DNA of 64,000 nucleotides from positions 293,446,001 through 293,510,000 of the forward strand of contig OZ024741.1 of the NCBI GenBank assembly GCA_964016885.1, written 5' to 3'. The position numbers were made by a program, and so were the translations under genes. Positions 43,522 through 57,915 of the stretch are shown piece by piece (the stretch's first letter is position 1; each line of letters opens with the position of its first letter). Source of the DNA: Eledone cirrhosa. Taxonomy: Eukaryota. Below the pieces are notes generated by a model, which saw only the letters and a list, made by a program, of their open reading frames with translations, did no database searches and was not told the origin of the DNA.

Positions 43522-44632
43522 TACATACATATATACATACACACACATATTCACACAGATATATATATCAGAGTGAAAGTGTTATGTCCAGCGTGTGTGC
43601 CTTTTCTTTTGATTTTTTTGTGAATTTTCTTCTTTTTTGTTAGTTCAAGTGATTAATAGCAGCTGTGCATGTTGTAAATGTCAAAGAGTTTCCTCAACAT
43701 TAATCTTATGACAGAAAAAATGCTTCTTGTGGATTAGTTCAGTGATATCACTTTGTAGGAAGATCCTCACTAGGATTCAGAATAAATTTCAAATGCCATT
43801 TTTATCTGGCTCTGCCAAAAGTACAGATTATGCTATTATTTACTTCATTAAATAATTCATTTATTTTGATTGTAGATATAGAAATAAAATTAATTATTTA
43901 ATATATACCATATAACTGAGTGAAGTTGGCAAATTAGCAGAGTCATTAGAACATCAGATAGAGTACTTTGCAGTATTCGTTTTGACTCTCTGAACTCTCT
44001 CAGTTCAAATCCCACTGAGGTCAACTTTGCCTTTGATCCATTTGAGGTTGATAAAAAAATACCAGTTTAGTACTGGGGTTGATTCTTCCTCTATACCTCT
44101 TTCTCAATTCCATTCTCTCTATCCTTCCCTGGAAGATATCTACTGTATTCAGATCTGGAGAGGAGTTTGCCTCCACCAGGTTTTAAAAATGCCCTAGAAA
44201 TGCTGTATGTCAATACGGCACTCCACCGAGTCCTTCAGGAGTTACGGGACCATGCATATAACACAACACTTGATTCATGCTGTTATTTGTAATGCATTTG
44301 GTGTGGCTATGAAATTAATTTAGAGGGTAGATTGAAATTGGTTATATAAAGGCAAGGTTGTGTGGCTAAAGAGTTTGCTTGAGATAGCTCTTGGGGTCCA
44401 ATGCAGCTGTGAGGGTGCATGTCTTCTCCTATAACCTCATGTTGATCAATGCTTTGTGAGTGGAATTTGGTAGGAAACTACAGAAGTGCATTGTGTGTGT
44501 GCATGTATTTATCTATCTATCTATCTATGTGTGTGTATGTGTGTGTGTTATAGAATACATGGCAAATTTGCATATACCTTCCTAGGTGCTTGGAGTTTCT
44601 CGACACCAGCTGATGTTATTTCATTCATCAGC

Positions 44633-44687
<55 letters not shown>

Positions 44688-46699
44688 TTATAAAATTAAC
44701 AACAACTTTAAATAATACGTACTGGGATGGATCAATGTGCCCAAGTTTGGCGACAGCCTGATTGAAACCAGTAAAATAATAATGTAAGAATTATGGTCAA
44801 CAATAACCCAGTTTTGAAAATTATGCAATATGCCATATAACAGAGGAGTGGTTTATTCTGTTATGTGATAATATATGTAGTGTGGATACAAATGAATTTG
44901 GAAAGTATGTGTAAATCTGAATTTAAAAGTAAATAATGAAAATAATCCTTTATTGAAAAGCATGTAATATTCCATACAGGCAAGAGGTTGATTCCATCTG
45001 TTATGCAATGATATATTTAATATATTTAGTATGGTTATAAAACATCTAATCAGTAACAGGCTGTCTGGTTTGTTGAAAGTCGAGAAATTTGAGAGAATAG
45101 TTTGACCATTTTGATCCACCCATTTCCCTCTCCATTTGTTTTCCTGAGTAATTGTAGTCCACTACCAGTCTGTTAAGCCTGTTACAATTTCAGCTGAACC
45201 TTTGTAAGGTCCATGTTTCCATTTGACACAGGATGAAAATTATTAGTTTTTGAGAAGACACACACTATTACATCATTCCCTAACTTACCTCTTAATTTGT
45301 CACCTCCCCTGATAAGGCAAAGAGATTGGACTTTAGGTGGCATGAAATTAAATAAACTAGATTAATTTTGGAGGTTAATCTGATTCTAAATTTAGAATGA
45401 AGCAATATATAATGATAGAGGGATGCGGCCAAATGGTAAGGGTGTTGGACTTACAATCATATTGTTGTGGGTTTGATTTCTGGACTGGGTTGTGTGTTGT
45501 ATTCTTGAGCCAAACACTTCATTTCACGTTGTTTCAGTATACTCAGCTGAAAAGGAATACCAGCAATACATGGGTGTTTAATACTGTGATGAACTGGCAT
45601 CCTGTCCAGAGAAGTGTCTTGTACCTACAGTCACTTCACACCATGAAAACTGGGATAAGCACTGGCTTGATGAACCTCTGAACTCGAGACAGACTTTAGA
45701 CCTTTTTAGAATATATAATGGAGCAAATAGGATTCTCAATAACCCAATGTTTAAAATTATGTAATATTTCATAGAGCATTGTTGATTAATTCTAGATACA
45801 GTATATTTTGTGTGGTAATAAAATAAGTTTAATGGTAAGTGTAAATCTGAATTTGTAATAAAATGATGTTATATAACTAGAGTGATATTATTGTCTCTAA
45901 CAATGTTAAACATTATGTAATCTACCATATAGCAAAGAAATGATTTGTGAAAACCTATCTAGTCTTGCTCTGGAGTTAGTGTGATATGAAATCAGTATAT
46001 AGAAGTGAGTAAAGGTACATGACTTAGTGATTAGAGCATTGGGCTTACAATTGTCAGGTTGTTAGTTTGATTCCCAGATTGAGCAGGTTTTTGTGTCCTT
46101 GAGTAAGACACTTTATTTCCCATTACTCCAGTTCACTAAGCTGTAGAAATGAGTTGGGATGTCACTAGTACCTAGCTGCATCAGCTTTTGCCTTTCCCTT
46201 GGGCAACATCGGTGGCATGGAGAGGGGAGACTGGTATGCATGGGCAACTGCTGGTCTTCCACAGACAACCTTGCTCGCACATTGTGCCATGGTGGGAAAT
46301 ATTGTAGGTGCAAAGCTTGTGGTCATTTGTGATCGAAGAGAGTCTTTAACTCTAAATAGGAGAGGATGTGGTCAAGCTTGGTGTATGGCTGATAATATTG
46401 GTGCCACACTCCTCCACATTCTGTTGAATCAGTCTCCCATGTAGGAAGCGATCTAATCTTCCCTCCAACATATTAACCCTTTCATTATCATATATTCAAT
46501 CAAAGACACTGCCTGTACTTTTCCAATATTTCTGAAAAGATAATATAGATTTTGGAAGGATTTAGTGATATAATATAATTTTCCTATTAAACTAGTGTTT
46601 GGAGTATAGCTTAACAAAGATCCTTACATAAAATTGTGATGGTAAGTTCTCAAATAATTATCGTCATCATTGTGACCACAGTGAAACATTCTTGCAAAG

Positions 46700-46965
46700 T
46701 CTCACCATAAATTACTATTTCCCATTGCTCCTGGCAACTGCTCTCTGTATATATAGTTATTTGAGGTTTGTATCATCCGAGAGTTGAGCCATGAAGGGTC
46801 AAGCAGGTCTTCCTCTACTGTGTCGCTTATGAGTTGGTTTCCACAAGAGTAACTTGTGTATAACTTCTTGCTTGCTTCTATAACAGTGTGCTCCAAATTG
46901 TAACCATCTTTGAGCAATTGTAGTTATCTTGGGCAAAGTTCCATATAAACTTTCATCTGGCATCT
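46700..46965 (-). mobile_element. Old LINE (RTE-related) C-terminal remnant
   Basis: An alternative frame reads LYGTLPKITTIAQRWLQFGAHCYRSKQEVIHKLLLWKPTHKRHSRGRPA, matching the LINE RRLxFAGHC...W.P.HG.RSRGRP signature. Confidence 0.75.
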
Positions 46966-48227
46966 ACCAAATGTAAAAGAAATTAACAATTTACAACATT
47001 AACTTTATATTTCTTTCAAGCAGTGAGGCTGAATAATTGTATTGTATATATAGTTATTTGATATTTATCCTGTTCTCTATAATTTTACTGTTAATTATTT
47101 TTAATATTCCATGAGTATGTTTCTAATATATATGTATACATTATTTATTTCAACCATTTAAATCAGATAATTGATTAAAACAGACAACTTTCTGCTCCAT
47201 CGTACAGTTTAACTAGGGTTCACTGTATATATTTTCGTTAATGAGGAGAAGGGAAAACAAAGGTATTCCTTCATCGGTGGGGGAAGGGCATCACGTAAAT
47301 TTAAAAATGAACAAAAAGAAAAAAAGGTTTATAATAAATGATGAAATAATTAAATAACAAATATGATATTCTGTATTTTGACTCGATTTTGGTTTTAATT
47401 TTCCTAATAGATGTATTTTCATTTTAAACATTTCCAAAATTATAGTATAAGTGTAGGTGTGCACATACACAGATACACACACACACATATATATATATAT
47501 ATAATGTATACATATATACACATACACACACATGCACATATATATATATATATAATGCATACATATACTTGCATACACACATACACACAGATATATTATA
47601 GTATTATTTGAAGTTGATTTTTAGAAATTTAGTTGTCAAGAGTTTTATAATTTGTAAAGGAAATGAGTGGCAAATATAATTAGAATATATTTCTATCGTA
47701 TTAAGTGAAATTTAAATGTTCTATAATTTTATGTCGGTAATTTGTTTTTCAAAAACCATATTATGTTTGGACAATTTTTCATTTTTTTCTTTTTCTTTCA
47801 TTAGTTTTGTTTGTATATACAATTGAAGTATACACTTTAGAGTGTGTTGAAATATTGATAATTGAAATATATCATTGAAGTTATAAGCTATTTATGTTAG
47901 TAGCAGAAGGAATTCTAAGAAATATACAACTACAATAATAATTGTAGTAATAACATTAATACAATATTTCAAATAATATATTAATGTTATATTAAAAGCA
48001 TGACTGTTTTGAAGTTTGAGTTTGTATATATTTTAAAGGATTTTTCTTGTCACTTTATTAGTTCATAATGTTTGGTTTGGAACACACCACTAACTATAAT
48101 CATTGCTATTCTGATTATGGAGCTGTTATGTTAGGGTCTCAAGACATTAATAGTTGCAAGGATTTAGAAACATCATTGTTCCAAATTGAACATAGAGAAC
48201 TAATATATAATTATGAAAGATCTTTAA

Positions 48228-48560
48228 TATCATCATCATCACCACCATACATCTGCTTTCCCTACTTGCAAGGGTGGGACGGGTCTTATTCAGTACAGCA
48301 ACTCTCCACTTGTCACGGTCCTTCGTCATCTCCTCTGTGAGCTTCAACGATCTGAGGTCTGCTCTCACCATCTCTGCCCATGTTTTTCATGGTCTTCCTC
48401 TACTGCGTCTTCCTTCTACTGGTATTTCTTGGCACTTCTTTACCCAGCGGTCATCCTCCATGCACATCACATGTCTACACCATCACAGTCTTCTCTCCCG
48501 CACACTACAACTTATACACAGTTTCTCTCTCAACTCATCTATGCTTGGTCGTTCATGCAC
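48228..48560 (-). mobile_element. RTE LINE 3' fragment, same subfamily as 1751-4568
   Basis: VRADLRSLKLTEEMTKDRDKWRVAVLNKTRPTLASRE is nearly identical to the C-terminus at 4400-4533. Confidence 0.9.
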
Positions 48561-49129
48561 ATAATAGATATAAAAAAATGAAACTGGAACGTAGTTATGT
48601 TTTTAACATAGCATTCATAAGTAATTAACGTTGCCTTTCATCCTTACGGGGTGGATAAAATAAAGTACCAGTAATGTACTGGGTAATTGCTGGCCTTGTG
48701 CCAAAAATAGAAACAATTATTAGAAATAGAACTAATAAAACATTTATTATAGTGTTTCACGCCCATCCAATTTAAAACCATAGAATGTATCTATCTAATC
48801 TCTCTTTACGGATGATTTGTTGATTTGAGAAATGTAAGCAAAACACTTGTCTTTTCATTTTTTTTTTTTTTTCCGTAGTCCATTTGATGACCAGTGTTTT
48901 AAACTTCTATTAATGCCAGTGTAGAATTCTAATTCTCCCTTTTTCTCTTGGATTTTCAATTAATATTTTACATGTTTTTAATAATATGCCTCATTCTGTT
49001 TGGACCATTCCTAAAGTTACCCATTTCCCCCCACCCCCCACCATTGCTATATGGTCCAATCATAACTCAGCGGTTTATAGTAAGTTCTCTTAAAAATCTG
49101 GATAGCAAAACTACCACGTCGGTTATTAC

Positions 49130-52028
49130 TCCTTAAGTTTAGACCTGCTTGATTTTCGGTTTGCTAGGGGGACTGCATAATTTGGAAAGTCTGAAAACTC
49201 AATGACAATGTCACAGATAAAGATAAATTCACCTCCCATTGCAGGACGAGAATGCAAGGACCCCTCTTTATTTCAGACATGGATGACCAACATAATTCCG
49301 TCTCCCACACCCCTCCATGCCCCTCCAACCCATCTATCCCACCCTTCCAACTTCAGAGTTGGTACCATGAATATAGGCACATTGAAAGGTCGCTCAAATG
49401 TATAGATGCTTGAATGTAAAGAAGTTGATGTTTGTTGTGTTCAAGAGACTAGGTGGAGAGGTGGGTCTGCTAGATTCATTGTGGGTAAAAAACGATGCTA
49501 TAAACTTTTCTGGGTGGGAAGGGAAATGACAACAAACTGGGTGGAGTAGGAATTATGTTAGCTGAAAAATGGGTAGATAAAGTAATTTACGTAAATAGAG
49601 TGAATGACAGAATAATTAAAATAAGACTAGTTCCAAATAGAATGACAGAATAATTAAAATAAGACTAGTTCCAAATAGAACTACTGTGACAATAATATCC
49701 ACTTATGCACCCAATCTGGTCTAGTTGATGTTATAAAGGACAGGTTCCCAAATAACCGACAGTGACTACTTAATTATTGCTGGCGACCTAAGCGGTCATG
49801 TTGGACAACATAATGATGACTATAATGGAATCCATGGAGGCTATGGGTTTGGTAATAGAAATGAGTAAGGCTTTAGAATCCTGGAAATCTGTGATGCTAA
49901 TAACCTAACTATCTGTAACACAAACTTCCTAGAAGATGTGTCAAAGTGTCTATTGTAAACACTAAATCCCTCTCCCATGAAGAATGCACCTCCCAACATA
50001 GCCTAGTAGTTAGTGACCTCATAGTCAGGAATAGACGTACTCGACGGCAGAGGAGGACTACCTTGAGGAGAAGAATATGGAAGTTGAAGGACCCCATAGT
50101 CATTGACAAATTTAAAAGCTTATTACTTGATGCCTTTGACAATAAGGAAGAGCAATTAGAGACGTACAATATAGAGGAATAGTGGGCATTCTTGAAAGTG
50201 AAATTGCTGAAAGCGATGGATGAAATCTGTGGCTAGAGCAGACCTATTGGCAGGAGGAGAGTAACTTGATGGTGGAACAGTAAGGTGGAGGAGACAATCA
50301 AGGCCAAAAAGCAGGCTTGGAAAGTATGGCAGGATGGGGGAAATAGAGAACACTATCAAGTGGCCAGGAGAGAAGCTAGGAGACAAGTGTACCTTGCAAA
50401 AAGGGAAGCAGAGGATAGAAAGTTCAAGCAGGTTCTACAACGTAAGGACCAAAAACGTGAGGTGTTCAGGATTGCTAGGCAATGTGTCAAGGAAAACCGT
50501 GATATTGTCGGGGAGAAGTGTGTCCATAATGATAATGGTGTACTTGCCCCCACTGATACTGATAATAAGGTAGCTTGGAAGTGTCACTACAAGAGGCTAT
50601 TAAATGAGGGGAATACGTGGGAAAAAGATAGTCTGCCCCAAATCGATCCAATAGAAGGACCAGTGGTGCAGGTTAAAGGTAGTATAATAAGTAAGGCAAT
50701 CAAAGATATGAAGACACGCAAGGCAGCTGCGCCTTCGGAGATAGTTGCTGAGATGTTGAAAGCATCTGGAATGGTGGGACATACTATGGTCACTCGTATA
50801 GTAAACCAAGTAATACAGAATGGGGTCATACCAAAAGACTGGTGTAGCAGCAGCATCATTAACTGCTACAAGGGTAAAGGGGATGCTCTAGAGAGGGGAA
50901 ACTATAGAGGCATTAAGGTAGTTGACCAGGTCATGAAGGTGACAGAAAGAGTTATAGCACTACTAATCAGAGAGCGAATTGATCTAGATGAATGCAGTTT
51001 GGGTTTGTGTCAGGTAAAAAGTACCACAGACGCTCTTTTCCTTGTACGGCAACTACAGGAGAAGTACCTGTCTACTTAGCTTTTGTAGACCTGGAGAAAG
51101 CCTTTGACAGAGTCCCCCCCCCACTCCATTATCTGGTGGGCTCTTAGAAAACTAGTTGTAGATGAATGGCTTGTGAGAGCTATACAAGCCATGTATCAAG
51201 AAACAGTCAGTAAGGTTAGAATTAACAATGAATATAGTGAAGAATTTAGTGTAAAAGTTGGTGTTCATCAAGGCTCTAGCCTTAGCTCCCTCCAACTTAT
51301 TATTGCCCTTCAGGCTATAACAGAGGAGTTCAAGACCGGCTGCCCATGGGAACTCCTATACGCAGATGATCTAACGCTCATAGCTGAATCAATGGCTGAA
51401 CTAGAAAAGAGATTCCAAATATGGAAGCATGGCCTAGAATCAAAAGGCCTCAAAGTTAACTTGTCTAAGACTAAATTTCTAGTTTGTAGAAAGAAAAATA
51501 GGGCACAGGTGCCCTCTGGGAAATCGCCATGCTCAGTGTGTAGGCAAGGAGTAGGTAGAAATTCCATTTTATGTCCCAAATACAAACTATGGGTACATAA
51601 AAGATGTAGTGGGATCACAGGTAAACTATCTAAGAATGTAGATTTTATATGTGGCCGATGCTCAGGTGCAATAAGTAGCAACTGCCCACAGGATACTAGC
51701 TCCTTCTATTGCCCAGATGGACACTTTCTGTTACCTGGGTGACAAAATCAGCAGTGGTGGTGGGTGTTCTGAAAGTACAGTAGCCAGAGACAGAACGGGA
51801 TGGAAAAAGTTCAGAGAGCTTATACCGCTGTTGGCCACAAAAGGTTTCTCTCTAAAAATGAAAGGCAGATTGTATGATGCCTGTATGTGAACAGCAATGC
51901 TACATGGCAGTGAGATATGAGCGAGACACGGTCACCCAACCAACCTTGCCTTAAATTGGGACAACTCCCATCTGACCTATGCTAGCGTGAAAGATGGACG
52001 TTAAACGATTATGATGATGATGATGATG
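49130..52028 (+). mobile_element. Near full-length decayed RTE LINE with internal deletions
   Basis: APE start FRVGTMNIGTLKGRS, QETRWRG, RT YADD at 51359-51370, PHD-like finger at 51530-51661, (GAT)n tail. Many stops and frameshifts, and a ~38-bp internal duplication at ~49600-49680. Confidence 0.93.
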
Positions 52029-52970
52029 CTGAGGATTTTCAAATTGCCACTTCAAATTATCCCTGAGAATAGGTCAAACTTCTGTCATCTCTAATATTAC
52101 CATGAGTGAATATATCAGCAGATAAAGAAGCTTACTGTATCTGCACAACTATAATTGATAGAGCAACACTGATAGCACATTTGGAATCAGTGACCTAAAT
52201 ATACCTAATAATTGGTCTAACATCTATGGGACCAAACCTTGTGTTGACCAGTATAACAATTTACTATATTTCTCATGAGTTTTGAATAATTTTGAAAATA
52301 ATCAAGAATGTAATGGGATTCAGTCATATAACTCCTTCATTATTAAGCTGGTGTTTGTTATATACAGTGTTACTTAAATAAAATTATGGTGGAAGTTTCT
52401 TAGATAATTTTATATTGAAGTGTTTATATTTATTTTATCATAGAATCAGCTGTTTCAAGCAGTTTGATAACAAAAGGGTTAAGTCTACTGGTGGCAGGGT
52501 TAATAGTGTTTCAAAGGATTTAGAATTTTCATTTAATTGCTTTGGTTTTGGGACAGGGGTTGTGTCTGTGGCTTTTTCACACTCACTTCAACCAAATTGC
52601 AGTTTTGGCAAAGCCGGATTAGAAAAAGGTGTGTATGTGTGGAGGACACTATGCATCAGCTTAAGTGGATCTATCTGTTTGTGTGTAAATAATTTTATGT
52701 ATGTATTTGTGTGTGTATTAAATGTCATGTCCATCTATTTTTGTTTATGAGTGCTTGCAAGTATATATCTGCTTGTGTGTGTGTGTGCATATATAACATA
52801 TAAGTTTATCTGTGTGTATATGTGTGTGTGTATATATAAGGGAGGTTGGGCAGATGATAGAGAAGCCAAAGGAAAGAGAGGAGTTGAAGAATGTAAGCTT
52901 AAATGATTATATTTTGGCAAGAAAATGCAATTATTTTGGTCATTTCATATTGTGTAAATTAGGATTGGTC

Positions 52971-53008
<38 letters not shown>

Positions 53009-54648
53009 CATCATCATCATCATACATTGACTTTCCATGCTGACAAAGGCTGATTGAGTTATCTTAGTCCAAGGCAGTTCTTATTCGATGTTACTATCTT
53101 TCTAGAGAGGCTGGCGGATCACATCTTATTTGTACATTCCATTTTTATTATGGTTTTTATGACTGGATGCCCTTCCTAACATCAAACACTTTATACAATG
53201 TATATTGGGTGCCTTTTATCATGGCACCGGTACTAATGTTTGTTTTATATAATATCTGTGAGAAGTGGAATTAGGTGAGGTGGGGAGCTTAAAAGAGAGG
53301 GTATATGGATGTGAGTGTAAATGACATGTGTTATATATATATATAGTAACAATAAATACAAAGACCAAAATCTGAAGAGGACTCGATACAGATTGTGTAT
53401 ATATAAACCTGCAGAACAAATATTTATTATTAGTATAGATCAAAACTGTTAATCTGTAATACATATATATATATATATATTTATATCTTCTTTGCCCACT
53501 CATTCCTATGCTGGTCATGAAGGAAGAGTCCTCACACACACCTTCCAGAGGTTCCTAGCAGAAGCAACCATCTCCAGTTGATTCAGCTGGATACCTAAGC
53601 AGGACCAATAAGCCTCATGGATGTTATCCAACCATCATGCTCATCGTTTACTTCTAGGTCTTGTTCTGGTTGTCTTTGCCCATAAAATCTATCCAGTTTC
53701 AACATTCTAACCACTTCTGTTATAGCAAATCTGTGGTCTCATAACATATGTTCATTCGACATAGACATGGCTGTGTGATTAAGAAGTTTTTATTCTAGTG
53801 TGGTAGGCATAAACTGTCACATAGCTTAATACCACTATCCTTAGCCCTACAGTCACTTTAACACAGTATACATTATTGCAAGTACTTGGGCAATTTTTCG
53901 AGTTTGAGAATCAAGGGAGGTTCAACCGATACATAGCTTGGAAACCATGCAATATGTGTTTGTGTGTATCATCATTTAATATCAATTTTCCATGCTAGAA
54001 TATCTCTATATATAAGACTGCTGTAGAAGACAGAGGAAAACATCAGCTGAGTTGATGAGATCTAATCTCAAAATGCTGAACCTCATAACGGAGATGACAA
54101 AATATTTTAATTAGTCAAGGTAGACTATGCTTGATAGGACCTGTCAAACCCATGGAAACATGGATGTAACATGATGATGCTGACGATCAATTTAGTCATG
54201 TCAAGGATATAACAGCCTCCCTATTGTTGGGTGATCTACATGATAAATGCCTCCAGTACATGCCGTAAAGTGGTTGGTGATATGAAAGCATGTAGAAATT
54301 TTGGCAAACAAAGGTTTTGGAGAACCCTCAGTTATGTCAAAGACATAATGACCACTCCTGTGCACTTCGTAGCATGTGAAACCATGCATAAATGAGACAC
54401 AGATACTTTGCCTGTCTGGGAGATCAGTAGCCTCGCTTCAGTACTAACTTTGTGTATGTAGACCTGTTCAACTCTTGCTAGCAGGGAAAGTGGATGTTAA
54501 AACAATGATTTTATATATATATAATTGGTGTTGGATGCTTAAAGCATCCGTATGCAGTAGGCCATATGATCACTCGATGCTCTCATAGAGCAGAGCATGA
54601 TATCACAGAAAAAAAGAGAATCAGTGCTACGATGAATGGAATTTATTG

Positions 54649-54744
54649 GACATATTACAATCGTTTCTCTGGCAACCAAGTCGAGGCACGATCGATGTGA
54701 TGATCGAACCTGACTCTGAAAATCGCAAGGTCCTCAGATATGTC
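54649..54744 (-). ncRNA. Type I hammerhead-like motif with a long stem II region
   Basis: gacatat-CTGAGGA-(~60 nt)-GAAAC gatt GTA-atatgtc, with a perfect 7-bp stem I. A related copy lies at 59449-59545 (+). Confidence 0.4.
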
Positions 54745-56765
54745 TTGATTCTACGAAGCAGATTTTCCTAGGAAAACGATTGTAATATGTCCAATAAATT
54801 CCATTCGTCGCAACACCGATTCTCTTTTTTCTGTGATAGATATATATATATATATATGTATATATCAACAGATAGTTCCAGTCTGGAACTAGCTGTTGAA
54901 ACAGCAAGAACTCTGCCGTCGGGTTCTGAGTCTTTAATATATATATATATTCTTGACAATATAGCTAGCTAATATATGAAAACCTCAATGTATTTAATAA
55001 CTATACATTTATTCACACCACATTCTCTCTTGAATATTTATTACCTTAATAATAATAATATAGGTAGAAAATAGTGACAAAATATAAACTAAAATGCTTT
55101 ACCACCCTCTTTCCCCTCCATTATCTATTGATATAACAACAACAAATGTAATTGATACAAATTGGGGTTGCATGTGCTAACACAGGCACACATACATACA
55201 CCCACACATATATATATATATACACACACACACACTCTTTATACCTCTGTTTTCATCTCTCTCATACACATCCTATCTCTCTTCCTCTCTTACACACATA
55301 TACACACATAAGCATATACTCACTAACTCTCTCTTTCTTTCCCTCTTTGTTACACATACTCTGTTTTTCTTTGTTTCTTTCTCTCTCTCTCTCCCCCCCT
55401 CTCTCTCCCCCTCTCTCTCCCTCTCTCCCTCTCTGACTTCCCATCCCTCTTTTCCTCTGCCTGTTTCTCTCTTTCTTTCTGAAACACAGCCGTACACTCA
55501 CATGGTCTCTGCCACTCTCTATCTCACTCAGGCTCTCTATCTTTTTCTTTGTCACACATCACTCTCTTTCTCTCTCTCACATTCCCTCTGATACTTTCAC
55601 ACACTTTTTCTTCTCTCTCTCTCACTCTTATTCTCTCTCTCCTCTTTCTCACACTCCCTCTGACACTTTCACACACACACACTCTTCTCTCTCTTCTCTC
55701 TCTCTCTCCTCTTTCTCTCTCTTCTCTCTTCTCTCTTCTCATCTTGCACACATAACTTTCTCTTTCTTTCTGTCATACACATCCTCTACTTTACACACAC
55801 ACACACAAACACACAAACACACACATGTATACTTACATTAGTTCATAGTGCTCAAACGAATAGCTGTGTGCGTGTGTAAGTTGTGTGGGTGTGTGAGGGA
55901 CATATGTGCATGTATTTCCATGTGATGATAATAGTGCAAGTTTAGCTGCAACTCTAAATATATTAGCATATTTTCTACTCACAACTGCATCTAACCTACA
56001 CACAACCATATGTGTACCTACATGTGTTTGTGTATGTGTGTGTTTACATGTATGTATGTATGTGCTTGTATATATACAACTATATGTGTATTTACATGTG
56101 TATTTGTATGCATCTATATATTTGTTTGTGTACGTACAACCATGTGTAATTATCAGTGTATTTGCATGCATCACCATACTTGCTTACATACATGTGTATG
56201 TTTGCATGCATCATCTATATGCCCTTGAATACATACATGTGTATCTTAACATGCATCTATATATATGCTTGCGTATATGCAACTTTATGTTGTAATTTAA
56301 ATGTATGTATTTGTATACAACTGTATATGTTTGCCTGTTATTATGTATATCTGTATATGTGAGGTGTAGTGTGTATGTGTGTGTGTGTGCACTTGGTTGA
56401 GGGGTTATGATCATTTCGTAATAATGAAGCAACAGGTTCAATTACACTGAACAGCACCTTGTTCAAGAGTCTTCCTCACACTTACATATATACATGTATG
56501 TATGTGTGTGTGTGTATATACACACACACCACATCATCATCATTGTTTAACATATTCTTTCCATGTTAGCAAGAATTGGACGGGTCCACATAGACCAAGT
56601 CAGTACTGAAGTGGGGCTACTGATCTCCCAGACTCATGTAGATCACTGGCACTAGGGAGGTTGTTATGTCCCCACAACCCTTTGTTTGGCAAGCTTTCTA
56701 CTGCTGGGTGTATATATGCATGTCTATATATTTAAGACTGAAAATTTAAAATTGCCCTCTGTGAG

Positions 56766-57029
56766 TAGTAGCGTGCAAAGTGAGTGGGGATGGTGCGTTG
56801 GCCCCAGGCATCCTTTGGATGGGGGCATCATTTGGGGAAAAGAACTTAATAAATTTGATTGATTTATATTAAAATCGAATAAAGCATTTATTTCATGTTT
56901 CATCTGTGTTTATATATTCAAAATGTTTTCCTTTCTCATATTTCTCAGTATATTAGGTCTTATACCTGAGTCTTTGGGGCATACAATCACGATTTACCCC
57001 GGGCATCACCAGAGCTCTGCACGCTGCTG
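56766..57029. mobile_element. hAT-type MITE
   Basis: TIRs tagtagcgtgca / tgcacgctgctg; 8-bp TSD tctgtgag / tctatgag (one mismatch). Confidence 0.8.
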
Positions 57030-57559
57030 TCTATGAGTGTCTGATAAATGGAATTGTTGTTTATTTTGTTCTGCCTTCCAATTGAATTTTACATTTACTA
57101 GTGCTATGCAGTAACTTTTCTCTGATAATTTGGCTCACCATTTTTAATTGTGACCACCAAATCTACATTCCTCACTTTCTTCCATAATACTTATGTCCCC
57201 TTATTTTCCCCTATTGACACCAGTCACTCCAGGTTGAGTCACTACTTCTCCGAATTGAGGGATCACTTCTCCGATACTATGAGCATACGGCTAGAATGTC
57301 TCAGGAAAGAATTGCTGGACAGATTTTATGAGTGAAACCATCAGGAGGAGACCCAGGAATAGACCCCGAGCAAGATGATTGGATAACATCCATGAGCTTG
57401 GCTGGTCATGCTTGGGGATCCAGCAGGATCAGTTGGAGTCTGTTGCCTCTGACAGGACCTGCTGGAGGAAGTGTTTGAGAAGTCTGCCCCCACAACCATC
57501 TCAGGAATAAGTGAGTGAAGAAGAAGACACCTGTCATTGAAATGACCCTTTCACTATAG

Positions 57560-57915
57560 CATTAATAACCGACTTGGGGTGGTTTGAGTGCCTGTTTACA
57601 TACTGCAGGTTCTCGTTGGGCTTGTCGGTATAAGCCTGTATCCAGTTCCAAGGATACGTCTAGGAAATTTACTGTCTTAGTGCTATTTTCTATTTGCACG
57701 GATAAGCCGTGCTGCTTAAAGAAATGTGAAATGCGCTTCCGCATGCGCTCCAGCTGGATAAAGTTTAATGAGCAGAAGGTAAATAGAGCATTGTCTCTAT
57801 ATATCCCTCTGCCTACCCCTGGAATCTCCTCTGCTAACCTATGGAGTAGATAAATTCCCACCAAGTCCGTCACCTGTGCGGAGTCGCTCGAGCCCATGGT
57901 GATGTCGAAGCTGTC
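57560..57915 (-). mobile_element. Penelope-like element reverse transcriptase fragment
   Basis: FDITMGSSDSAQVTDLVG...IYRDN(D>N)...VNFLDVSLEL...YVNRHSNHP, typical of Neptune-type PLE RT. Confidence 0.88.

Noticed and set aside
46702-46917. ORF MLKDGYNLEHTVIEASKKL...ISDTVEEDLLD, superficially resembling ferritin helices C/D (possible second paralog)
   Set aside because: Another frame gives a much clearer LINE C-terminal signature (LYGTLPKI..RWLQFGAHCYRS..LLLWKPTH..RSRGRPA). It also lies upstream of, not after, the helix A/B exons.
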